The notes beneath the pieces are model-generated. The model saw only the letters and a list, made by a program, of their open reading frames with translations. It was not told the origin of the DNA and did no database searches. A DNA stretch of 20,000 nt, from the NCBI GenBank assembly GCA_049999805.1, contig JBNGIO010006303.1:79775-99774 (forward strand), written 5' to 3'. Source of the DNA: Folioceros fuciformis. Lineage: Eukaryota. A program made the translations under genes and the position numbers. Below, one piece after another: positions 1-11,400 of this stretch (the stretch's first letter is position 1; each line of letters starts with the position of its first letter).

Positions 1-168
1 TACTTACCATAGAGGCCACTAAAGCTGCCATCATGCTTGATGTTGTTCAAAAAATCGCATTTGCCAAGGCTTTTTGTAGCACAATCAAAAACCATTTCCG
101 GAAAAAGGCCACCAGGCCGGATAATCTTGCTGACGTGATGGGCCTTTGTGTAGGTCTTCAAAAACCTC

Positions 169-365
169 GAAAAATCCTTACCCATGACCCTATTGCAAGG
201 GCTTGTACTTGCAAGTCTTTCTTGTCGCACTTCCTCCTGCCGCCCAACCTAAGGAGTTGATAACGAAAAATCCTTACCCATGACCCTATTGCAAGGGCTT
301 GTACTTGCAAGTCTTTCTTGTCGCACTTCCTCCTGCCGCCCAACCCAACCTAAGGAGTTGATAAC
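169..365. repeat. Tandem duplication of a 96-bp unit (169-264, 265-365); copy 2 has an extra CCAAC
   Basis: GAAAAATCCTTACCCATGACCC...CCAACCTAAGGAGTTGATAAC occurs twice back to back, identical except for a 5-bp slippage insertion. Confidence 0.95.
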
Positions 366-593
366 AATGTGCTCACTTGATGGTGGTTTGTGACAACCAC
401 ATCCACTAAATATCTAAGCAAAGGATGATTTTTATAAGCACTCATCTAAGTATTAATCTAATCAAAGAATGCTTAATCATAACGTTCTCATAAATGTTGT
501 TACAATGGTGTGTCATGATGTTCTTATAAATGTGTATCACAACATTCAAGCTATTTATCTATCTTATCTATTTAGAATCCAATCGACATAAGT

Positions 594-689
594 CAAGAAT
601 CCTTGAGCTTCTGGACTCCCAAGGCATATTGCAGGAAGGACTCGCTGGTAGCAAGAATCCCTGAGCTTCCGCACTCCTAAGGCATAATG
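594..689. repeat. Diverged ~38-bp direct repeat (594-631, 652-689)
   Basis: CAAGAATCCTTGAGCTTCTGGACTCCCAAGGCATATTG versus CAAGAATCCCTGAGCTTCCGCACTCCTAAGGCATAATG. Confidence 0.8.
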
Positions 690-789
690 TTGGACTTATT
701 GGTAGGCCTGAAATGGCTTATCACATGATTCCATGTGGAAATCTCCTCAAGCATTAGAAAGATAGCAAGTTATGAGCAGCTTTGGATAT

Positions 790-1560
790 CAACTTATGGG
801 CAGCTTCCCGCTAATGTGTCGGAGGAACAACACTTTGTCGAAGGAACAACACTTGGCCCTCGAAGAGCCCAACTCAGCGGCTGAGATGGTCGAAGTGTCG
901 AAGGGGATATTGAGAAACGAATCACTAAGTTATGAAAGTATCCTACTTGAATTCCTTTTATGAGGGTGGGATTTTGTGCCACTATTTTTCAAGAAGGTAG
1001 TTGGTATGATTTGGAAAGAGCATAGCATGGGTAAATAGGTCAGCCTAGGTCTCATCTCCCTTCTACCTAAGTAGAATGCTGGTCTCTCAATTTCCAATTA
1101 GAGGCTATCACTTTGCCAAGGTTCTAATAAATAGACTCAAGCCCTTCCTTGATGAGTGGATGGAGGCAGAATAGCAGGGGTTCATCTAAGACAAGTGCAT
1201 TCTTGATAATCTTTTGCTGTTGCGTAAAGCCAAGTACAACACTTTGGCCCAGCAGAAGCCGGTTGTCTTCATCTCCTTAGACTTCTATAAGGCTAATGAC
1301 TCCATCGAATGGCATTTCATGTGGTCATGTCTTTGACGTTTTGGGCTGGCAATAACTTTTGTAGATGGATAGCAATCCTCTGCAAAGAGGCAGACGCAAT
1401 GGTATCCATCAACAGATCCTTCATTCAACGGTTTGACATCATGTGCCAAACCGTGAACAAGTGATTCACTTGTTCGGTCCATCAAGGATATCTCTTGGCA
1501 CCCTTTTTTGTTTATCATGGTGATTGACCTTGTTCTTCGAGGATTAATGTGAATGGCATG
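790..1560 (+). mobile_element. Degenerate L1-clade non-LTR retrotransposon, ORF2 reverse transcriptase N-terminal half (stops and frameshifts)
   Basis: Manual translation across stops and frameshifts gives LEEP..AAEM...EFLL*GWDFV, GLISLLPK, AKVLINRLKPFLDEWMEAE*QGFI*DKCILDN, FISLDFYKANDSIEWHFM (LDF at 1277, cf. LDFxKAFDRVxW) and SVHQGYLLAPFLF (QG at 1483, cf. RQGxPLSPxLF). The YADD motif was not seen. Confidence 0.9.
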
Positions 1561-1803
1561 CCCAAAGAGATCATTTTGAGGGGAGTAATTAGATAGCAGT
1601 CGTATACGGCGGGAGGACCTCGCTTTCCACCAAGGTGGTAGCATGGCGTATCTGGGGAAAAATCTCCATGTTATCTAGGTCACCATGGCTAAGCATCTTG
1701 CTTATGATTCATTTGAAGCGGTGCATCGAGAATATTCGGTGCACTCAACAAACGAATTAACACTTGGTTCCACACGTCATTTGAGAAAAAAGTAAGCACA
1801 CAA

Positions 1804-1903
1804 NNNNNNNNNNNNNNNNNNNNNNNNNNNNNNNNNNNNNNNNNNNNNNNNNNNNNNNNNNNNNNNNNNNNNNNNNNNNNNNNNNNNNNNNNNNNNNNNN
1901 NNN
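1804..1903. other. Assembly gap (~100 N)
   Basis: Run of N. Confidence 0.99.
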
Positions 1904-2099
1904 GTCAATTGGACACTTTACTAACTAGGATTTTTTTATTTATGTGCAAGAAGTAAAGAATGTACAAGGCCTCAAAATTTTACTTGAAGCTTTTTAGGCT
2001 TTCATCTTAGAGGTCCATATGTGGAAAGGACTTGAGAATGAGCAATGTGCTCTGGAAGACTCGGTTATGGAGGTTGGATTGCAAAAGTTCATGGTCCCA

Positions 2100-2820
2100 C
2101 ACACTGAAGCTGTTATGCAATATCAAGTGGTGACGAGGGATGTGCTAGATATGCGGAGTTTCCTACATCCGTGTCTATATATGACATTGATCATGGATGT
2201 CCCCAAAGCATTTCAGAAAGGACCATATGACAATCATATGGAATAAGCACATCTATTCACTATATACCAAGCTTTCAATGATATGACAATGTGAGAAGAC
2301 ATACGATTCATTATTATGCATGCATGGTGTGGAGGATATTCAAGTAGTGCGGGACTACATAAGAAAGTGGTGCACAACCGGAGGCCTTGTTTCCTTCATT
2401 TGGGATAAGACCAACATGCATAATGATTTGGAGGGTTTTGATATAGTGGAGTACATGACAACCAAATGGGGTGTGTCGTCAAGCAGCACGAAGACGACGA
2501 AAGTTGCTATGCAACCCATTATATTGCAAGGATCCTTCAACAATAGTCGTGTCATCATATCCCATGACATTGTTGTGAAGAAATTGCTATATATATCTCT
2601 TGACAAGCTGGTTGTAAGTCCTTAACAAGGTCCACTTGGTTTTATGATGAAGCTAATCGAAACCTTCTCGAAGGAGGAAGATTGGATTGTTGATGCATGT
2701 TCAAGTAGTGGGTCCACAACATTGGTAGCATTGTTATGCGGGGGCAACTCCATTGCCATTGATGTAGGCAAGTGGTGTGCCGAGTTTATATTGTAGCGCA
2801 TTCATGAATATGAAGTTTTT
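2100..2820 (+). pseudogene. Degenerate beta-class N4-cytosine/N6-adenine DNA methyltransferase (N6_N4_Mtase-like)
   Basis: Joined reading: YQVVTRDVLDMRSFL..TLIMDVPK (DPPY-like position 2196-2207) ... RFIIMH ... SFIWDKTN (2401) ... IVEYM ... VSP*QGPLGFMMKLIETFSKEEDWIVDACSSSGSTTLVALLCGGNSIAIDVGKWCAEFIL*RI (2614-2802). The C-terminal part parallels HPTQKPxxLxxxLIxxxSxxGDxVLDPFxGSGTTxxAAxxxGRxxIGIE. Lesions: TAA 2244, TGA 2292, 4-bp ATGC duplication at 2316-2323, TAA 2623, TAG 2794. Confidence 0.8.
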
Positions 2821-3015
2821 GCCAGATGTGGGTGAGGAGCTAAGACACAAGCCGCATCGTTGGGGGACTTCCTAATTCTAGGCCATAGAATTGATCCTAT
2901 TGGAAAAAGACGTTTATGTCGCTCATATTAAGCCTTTGGGAGTTAGTAAGTTGAAGGAGGAGACAGATGGTGTTAGTGCAAGCAACGATGTAGAGCAAAA
3001 AGAATCACTCGTACA

Positions 3016-3099
3016 ACCCACCTCTGAGACTACTTGTTAGGGTACCCACCTCTGAGACTACTTGTTAGGGTACCCACCTCTGAGACTACTTGTTAGGGT
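3016..3099. repeat. 28-bp tandem repeat, three exact copies
   Basis: ACCCACCTCTGAGACTACTTGTTAGGGT at 3016, 3044 and 3072. Confidence 0.97.
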
Positions 3100-3339
3100 C
3101 ATATCACAGCAAGCGACGCCATGAAAGACATGTATGTTTTTGAGGAGAATGACATGTAGCAGCTCCAAGGCATCGATGTAGTCCTAGATAACATATTGGC
3201 CCCTTGCTCTATAAAGTCACAATGTCCATAGTAGCTTTTGTCTGTTTGCTATTTTTTTGTGGGCTGTTAAGTTTAATGCAAAAGCCTTAGTACTATCCTA
3301 CACACTTTGGACAAGAGAAAAAAACAGAATTCACCATTA

Positions 3340-4646
3340 ATTGTTTCAAACAATGGTATGAATATTTCCTCATTGCGCAAAAACAAAGGAACAAGGCTAT
3401 CCATCGTAAAGGAAAATGGACAAAAAGGTTGGAGAAGGGTATTTGCCTATTTTGACCCTTTGTAGGAAGTCATGTTGGTGGAAAGCGGGAATTGCTCATA
3501 TAAGACTATTTCTCCATAGGGGTTATTAGAGAAGCTAGGAAAAAAGAAGGGGTGGTTTGTGGTCGGATCCTATGACCTATCACAGTTCTCTACAAAACTG
3601 CTGTGTAGGCAGGTTGATGTCGCATACAAGGGGAATAGGGTAGTAAGCAACCTTCTCTTGACCACACTCCAATAAGGCGCTAGTTTCATCTAGTGGAAAA
3701 TTGCGAGTTGGTTTTGTGACCTAACCTTTTTAGATCGTCTTGATGCCATGTGGGTAATTAGGGGTGCCCGTGGTCCTTCTTCAATTTTCTATCGATAGAT
3801 CTACCACTTGCTAGTGCGTGCACAGAAAATCATCAGGCATAAGCCAATGGCTCCGAAGTTGAGATTGCCCCTACAACGCGAGAAACAGCCCTTAAACTCG
3901 TATGGCCAACTATAGGTATTCCTCCTAAGGTGAGGGTAATAGTTTGGTGCTTTTTCCAAGCTTGCTTGCCAAATGTAGACTGTTGGGATGAGTTGCTAGT
4001 CAATGCAGGGAGGAATGGCGTAGAATGTACAATGTTGGAGCCTCGAACAAAAGCCAATATTCGATCTTCCGTTGCAATTTTGCACAAGAGATTTTTGATG
4101 GAGGTGGATAGGTGGTCATGGAGAATCCTTGCCGCAACCAATCTCATGGTCATGGAACAAACTACACTCTTTGGTCTAGATAAGGCTTCAGGCCAACCAT
4201 TAATCCAGAGTCAATGGTGGGGCATGGTTTTGACCTCCTCACTCTTTTGCATCTCGAGTCATTGGACTTCATTCAGTGGATTATGGGGTTTATGTGAACA
4301 GCATAAGAACAGTCACTCCCTCAAAAATTTAACTCAAAAATTTAAGTAGAAAAACTGGAGGTTAGTAAGCTTTCTTGGATAAAAATTTCAGAGGAAAGAC
4401 CGGAAGTTAGTGAGCTTTCTTGGGCCTAGGAATGACATCAATGGAATCACACATGTCCATGGAGAAGGTATTTGAGACACAAAGAGAGGCAGTGTGTGTA
4501 TCATTCCTTAGATCTAGAAGCTTGTTTTGTGTTTTGGCTCCTTAACTCAAGGGCTTGTGTCTCGCTCACCTTTGTAGGCTTGAAGCAGCTTCTAGCTTAC
4601 TGAAATGTGAATTCAATCTAAATTTCTTTCTTTGCAAAAAAAAAAA
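3340..4646 (+). mobile_element. Degenerate L1-type LINE 3' portion (post-RT region, zf-RVT-like segment, 3' A-tail)
   Basis: KRLEKG....PFVG (cf. KRLxxW...LxxxGR), KRRGGL (cf. PKxxGGLG), LDAMWVIR, LVWPTIGIPPKVRVIVWCFFQACLP (cf. WxxxxPPKVxxFxWxxxxxxLP). Ends in TTCTTTCTTTGC followed by A11 (4636-4646). Confidence 0.7.
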
Positions 4647-4759
4647 TCATTTCTAGAATAAGTGCTCTCTACCTTTTTCACATGCTTAATCATGAGCTAT
4701 CTGGATATCTTCGTCTTCTATTCTTGCTCGAATCACGTTACTTTCTTCCGCTCAACTTG

Positions 4760-4778
4760 TTTATTTATTTATTTATTT
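4760..4778. repeat. Short (TTTA)n microsatellite in an AT-rich spacer
   Basis: TTTATTTATTTATTTATTT seen directly. Confidence 0.7.
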
Positions 4779-5436
4779 ACTATTTTAATATAAAATTTTA
4801 TATAGTTGATTGTGGATGTTTATTATCACCTACTTAGATAAGTGAGAAATAAAGAAAGAAGGAACCCGTCCACTCAAGGGAAATAACGCTTAGCAGGACA
4901 CCGAAAACGCAAGACATCAACTAACCCGCCTCCGAATTATGTGATGCCGGACCTGTTGTCACGCCATGAAGAGATGAATGAAAGCTTCTAACTTTTAAAG
5001 ATACGTACTAATACGAGAGCTGGGGAAGTTGCTGTTGCTACCTGTCCCGTTAGGCGCTCAGGGACTGGGCTTTGGGCTTCACAGTGGCTTTCTTTCCGTC
5101 GTTCTACACTCGACTCCTACTGCATGCTAGCCCTTCGCACAACAATGCGTCCTTGCTGGGAGCTGCCGCCATCGCTGGTCTGAACAGCTCTGTGTGGTGC
5201 GTCCCCGCAGGCAGCGCTCCCTGGTCGAGCCATCTGCACGCTTGGGGGTCGCTACCTGCACTCCGGCGGATGAGGTGTTCCAGGGTTTCCTGTCGCCTTG
5301 TGATGCTCTCGGAGAACGCAGGTGATTCTGGGTAAATCTCATGTCCAGGAACGCGGTTGGACTGGGAAACTAGATGGTCGCAAGGACAGGAGCCTAATTA
5401 CAGACCAAGGAAGGGTCATTCCAGTCGCTCGCCAAG

Positions 5437-8400
5437 ATGGCGAGCCTGGCGATCACCATGATTTTAGAGAAGGTGAGGGGCGCGTCGCATCTTGTCCTAC
5501 AGGGTTGGAATTGTTAGGTCTAGCGAAATTCCTTTTATCTGAGGGCTTCTGTCTAGCTGGATGGAAGCGTGCTCCCACATGGCAGCTAGGAGGTGGCTGA
5601 TTTTGGGTACGGTTGATTCGGTCTGTTGATGTCATGTGCGGTCTAATGACGTCTCGACCTTGGTGTCGGTGCAGATCGCATCAAAGGACAAGGATTTTAG
5701 ATATATGGCCACCTCCGACCTCTTGCAAGAATTGCAAAAGGAAACCTTTAAGCTGGATGCCGAGACGGAGAGGAAAATCTCTCAGATTGTGTTGCAGCAG
5801 CTTGATGATCCATCTGGAGATATCTCGGGCCTTGCAGTGAAATGGTTAGCACCTCTGATTCCTTCGATTGGATTTCGGATGTGGAAAACATTGTATTGCA
5901 ATTTGGCGGGACTGGTAGGTGCCCCAGCATGTGTTTGGTTTTATAGTCTCTGTTGCCTCGTGAAACAGCTTGGGTCCCTTAGTGAAGAAAGTGAGCGAGG
6001 GTAGAGTGGTGGACATCGTTGAGCAATTGTGTCAGCGACTTACTGGCAAAGAGCAACAGCGGGACATCGCGAGCATTGGTCTCAAGTCTGTGGTTGCTGT
6101 GATATCTAGTNNNNNNNNNNNNNNNNNNNNNNNNNNNNNNNNNNNNNNNNNNNNNNNNNNNNNNNNNNNNNNNNNNNNNNNNNNNNNNNNNNNNNNNNNN
6201 NNNNNNNNNNAGTGGACCAGTAGCCCAGGCTGTCGTCGCAATTCTCACCCCAAAGCTCATCAAAGGCATCAGTTCCGCGGTGGGTTCTACTTTCCTGATT
6301 TCCAGGGTTTTGTTCTGTTGTGTGGAACTTCAAAAGGTGGAACCAATCTACCGCCGTTTAGTGCATAAGATTTGGCTTGCAAATTCAATTGGGTGTTCTC
6401 CTTCAGGACACTAGTGTTGAGGTAAAGAGCGAGTGCCTCGATATTCTGAGTGACGTACTACTCAAGTTTGGGGGCCTCATGGTCTCGGATCATGAGAAGT
6501 TGCTCAGTGCGCTGCTTGCCCAACTGAATCTGCAAAGGGCAGGACTTCGGAAACGTGCAATTCAATGCCTTGGTAAGCAGCTCGTATGTTTTGGTTGAGC
6601 CTGAATGCTTTCCGGCTTGGTCTCACCTGGGTTGCTATCATCTCTGCAGCTGCTCTGGCTTCAAGCATGTCAGATGATCTTTTGGGTAGAGCTACGGTAT
6701 GTGTTGTTCAGCTGCTAAAGAACAAGGAGGCAAAAGCAGACTTGACACGAACCAATATCCAAATGATTGGAGCATTCTGGTACAGCCGTTTTGTGCAAAG
6801 TTTCAGTAGAGGAAGGGGTGAACTGTAGAATACGATTTTGAGTTCACATGAGTAGCTAAGTTCGTGTGTCATTCTGCTCCTCTTTTTTATGCAGCCGTGC
6901 AGTTGGCTATAGATTTGGTCCACACCTGAGTGAGGTGGTGCCGCTTCTAATTAGCTACTGCGAAAATGCATCTGAGAATGACGATGAACTATGTGAGAAC
7001 AGCTTACAGGTGCAGTCTTAATTGAGCTGAGATTTTAGTCTTGCTTCAGTTGTGATGTATTTAAAAGCTTGAATAGGCTGCGGTTATGGGTGTGCCCCTT
7101 CTATCTCTTGTCTGTCCCTGCTAAATTACAATATCCAGGTGTTCATTTTGTTATTTCGTCCTTTCTCTGCACTGTAGGCTTTGGAAAGTTTTGTTCTCCG
7201 TTGCCCTAGGGACGTCTTCGAGCATACCACCACAATCTTGGACCTTGCCCTGGACTATCTCAGTTATGATCCCAATTTCACTGATGATATGGAAGAGGAT
7301 GAAGATGAGGATATGGAAGCTGATGACGAGGAGGATGAGTGAGCACCAGACTTTGTAGTTTGATTCGTAGGACTAATATTTGTGCGTGCCAGGCATCAAG
7401 TCTCCTCAGATTTGTCCTGCCAAAATTGCAGAGAAAGTGGGGATGAGTACAGTGATGATGAGGATGTGAGCTGGAAAGTTCGACGGGCTGCAGCGAAATG
7501 CCTGTCAGCTGTTATCTCTTCCAGACCAGAAATGCTTGCTCAACTTTACAGCAAGGTTTGTTCTGTGTCATGGCTTAGAGTCTTAACACAGCAAAGATGT
7601 GTTATTGTCAGGTCCTCAGAATGATGTATCATGTGCTCCTTTCCCAACCTTGCAGGCTTGTCCAAGATTGATAGAGAGATTCAGAGAAAGAGAAGAGAAT
7701 GTCAAGGTGCATGAGGTTATTAATTGATTTCGGGGGATGGGGACTGGTATGTCTCTGTTTTCTTACAACATTTTATGGTACGTGCAGATTGATGTTTTTC
7801 AGACCTTCATTGATCTATTAAAGCAGACTGCCAATGTTACAAAAAATACAGGAGATCTGAAATCCTCGAGGTAGCATACTCTGTTCAGATAGTGGGGGAG
7901 CTCTTGTTTCTGGTCAAGAGTGCTTTGTGCAGTACGTGCATGTTCATTTATGCTGACACCCCACTGCTGGTGTAAATTGTAAACGTGCAGCTACATCTTG
8001 TACCTGCTGCAACAGGAGGTTCCTAAAGTAGTGAAGACTCTGAACAAACAGCTGCGTGAAAAATCTATCAAGACGAAGGTGATGATAGATGTTGCGTCCT
8101 TTCCTAGCTTTACAGGTTTTTTGATGCTGGAATGGCATTGAAGTGTGGACTTCGTTGTAGGTGGGAGCTTTTTCAGTTTTAAAAGAACTGGTGATAGTTC
8201 TACCCAACTGCTTAGCTGAGCATATTTCGTCATTGGTGCCAGGAATTGGGAAGGCGCTCAATGTAAGTGCAGTGGCTGGTATCAGTAGCAGGTGGCAGTT
8301 GCTGGTAGATACATGGGCCATGATGTAATCTATTGTACAATCTTTATTACTCTCTGCAGGACAAAGCTTCCAACTCTAACTTAAAAATTGAAGCTTTGAC

Positions 8401-11400
8401 ATTCACTCGGCTGGTTCTTGCGGCACATCACCCGTCTGTCTTCCACCCACATATCAAGGTTGTTGGTTGTAGAATGAATTTGTTTGCAGCTGCTCTTCAA
8501 TCTGCCAAGTCTTTGCGGCATGCTTTATTGTAGTCGATTCAGAGGATAGCAGTCACAAGGAAGCTAGGTTGGGTTGGCTGATGTTTTCTTCTGTCACTGC
8601 AGGCTTTGGCATCTCCCGTGCTCGCTGCGGTTAGTGAGCGGTATTATAAAGTCACTGCAGAGGCTCTACGTGTAACTGGTGAACTTGTGAAAGCAATTCG
8701 CCCCCCGCCTCTGGACCAGTCCAACCTTCACTTGCCTGGACAGCAACCTGCATTCAATTATGTTCCATACGTACAACCTATATATGAGGCTGTTTTGAAG
8801 CGTTTGACTGCTCAAGATCAAGATCAGGTCAGCTAGTTTACATTGGCCGTCCAGTTTGTGCTGGAAACAAGAGTATGAGGTGATTTCTGAGGACTGACAT
8901 GACTAATGCCCACAGGAAGTGAAAGAGTGCGCAATCTGGTGCATGGGTTTGGTGATCTCCATCCTTGGTGACCAGCTGAAGAACGAACTGAATACATGTC
9001 TCCCACTTCTCTTAGACCGCCTCCGCAATGAGATCACCCGCCTAACAGCTGTAAAGGTAGTTGTTCTCCAGGGTCTGTGAAGTTGAGTATCAGATTTTCA
9101 TGCTTTCTAGAGCCCTGAATCCTGATAATGGCTTGTTATAACTATTAGGCCTTTGCAACTATTGCGGAGTCCCCACTGAGAATCGACTTGTCATCAGTGC
9201 TTGAGCAAGTAGTACTGGAGCTTACTACCTTTCTTCGCAAGGTTATGATCTCCAACGCCAAAGAAACACACATGAATGTAGTATGTGTTTTTAGGTTAAA
9301 TTACTGTGGATGTTGTTCCGCTGCAGAATATTTAGCTTGTCTCGTGATTGATTTCAGACTAATAGGGCATTGCGCCAAGCCTCACTTGGCACACTCAATT
9401 CCCTTTTGATTGCGTACAACGATAAGATCAGTCCAGTGAGCTATGAATCAATCATTCAAGAACTTTCTTCATTGATCAGGTCTGGTTTTCATTTTCTGGA
9501 GAGGCTCATTTTTCAGTGTTGAGTTGTACTTCAATTACCTTTCCGGTTTTGTTGGTTTCTTGTTTGCAGTGATGCTGATTTGCACTTGACTGCATCGGCA
9601 CTGGAACTCTGCTGTACTATAATGAGTGACAAGCTGTACTATGCAAAGGCTGGACCATCTGTACGACAGAAAGTTCTTCCTCAAGCGCTCAATCTTGTGA
9701 AGAGCTCTTTGCTACAGGGTCAAGCTCTGCAGGTAGTGAAGCATGGATTTAACTGGTCATCGTTGTCAGGCGTAAGGTCTGTTCATCTTGTCCAGTAACT
9801 AACTTCCTCTTGTGTTCCAGGCACTCCAATCCTTTTTTGCTGCATCTGTGCAGTCCACTAATACTAGCTTTGACGTATTATTGGATGCCTTATTGTCAAC
9901 TGCAAAAGGGTCAGGTGGTGCAGGTGGACCTGCCAGTAAGCAAGCTTTTCATTCAATAGCACAATGTGCAGCCGTGCTCTGCCTGGCAGCAGGGGACGCA
10001 AAATGTTCCTCAACGGTGGCTATGTTGATCAGCACTTTGAGTGCGGGCAATAGTTCGGATGCAGTATGTTGTCCTTCCCTTCTATTGTCTGGACTTGAAT
10101 TGGGATCCTCTCTGGACAAAGGTGGATGCTGCAAACGGCAACTGTTGAGAGTGCTAAAGGCAGAGGGGTTTTGGTGTCAGGTTCTACTCCTCTCTCTTTT
10201 ATGCCTTGGAGAAATCGGACGGAGGAAGGACCTAAGTGGCCATGCCAACATACAATATGTCATTATTCAATCGTTCAACTCTCCAGTTGAGGAAATCAAG
10301 TCAGCAGCATCATTTGCTTTGGGAAGTATTGCTGTTGGCAATCTGTCACAGTACTTGCCGTTCATACTAGGCCAGATTGACACACAATCAAAGCTGCAGT
10401 ACCTGCTATTGCATTCTTTGAAGGAGGTAATTAATGTTCGTTAATTGATGTAGGTTAGAAGGTGTTTACCAGGGCATTGTTGAAGTGTATCATATGCTAA
10501 TATACTGTTGAACAGGTGATACCGCGGCAGTCAATTGATGAACCGGGAAGATCAGAGCTTCAGGATGCAGATGTGCAAAAGATTTTGGCTCTACTGTTTA
10601 CACACTGTGAAAGTGAGGAGGAGGGAGTGCGCAATGTTGTTGCTGAGTGTCTTGGTAAACTGGCTCTCATTGAGCCAGCGAAGTTGGTGCCTGCTTTAAG
10701 GGTATGTTGCTTGAGTAACTGCATAGTTTTGAGAATTCTTTCCTCATTTATGAGGAATTCAAGCTTGTGTGCTCTTGGTTATGTGGGCAGGAACGAACTG
10801 CGAGTATCTCTCCTTTCACTCGGGCCACTGCGGTGATTGCAATAAAGTACACTGTGGTTGATCGTCCGGAGCGAATTGATGACTTCATCAAGCCTTGCAT
10901 TGCCTCCTTTCTTCATCTCATAAATGATGAAGATCGGGTATGTCTTCGTGTCCAGGTTCAAAGTGGAAAAACTTTGCTTCTGTGCATCATTAGCCCTGTC
11001 CCTTTGATAATGTTGGCTTCATCCGTTTGGTGCAGCATGTGAGGCGTGCAGCAGTTTCTGCCCTGAGTAGTGCCGCCCATAATAAACCAGAGCTTGTTAA
11101 GGATCTGCTGCCATCCTTGTTGCCGCTTCTCTATGATCAGACAGTAATTAAGGTCGGCATATGTCCCGTGATATTTCATTGTCAGTGGTTGGTCGTGATC
11201 TTTGGTGGTAACCGTGCCCTGTTTTGGTATGGTAGAAAGAGCTCATCAGAATCGTTGACCTTGGTCCCTTCAAGCACACCATTGATGATGGCCTTGAGCT
11301 CAGAAAAGGGGCATTTGAATGCGTGGACACCCTTCTGGACAGCTGCCTGGATCAGATTGATCCTTCTGCATTCATATCTCCATTTCTTATATCAGGCCTT

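Noticed and set aside
3016-3099. CRISPR repeat (28 bp) or telomeric array
   Set aside because: Copies abut directly without spacers, and there is only one TTAGGG per unit.
1904-3335. MTase segment as bacterial contamination
   Set aside because: It carries several stops and a frameshift, and it is contiguous without a gap with LINE sequence and the CAND1 locus on its right.
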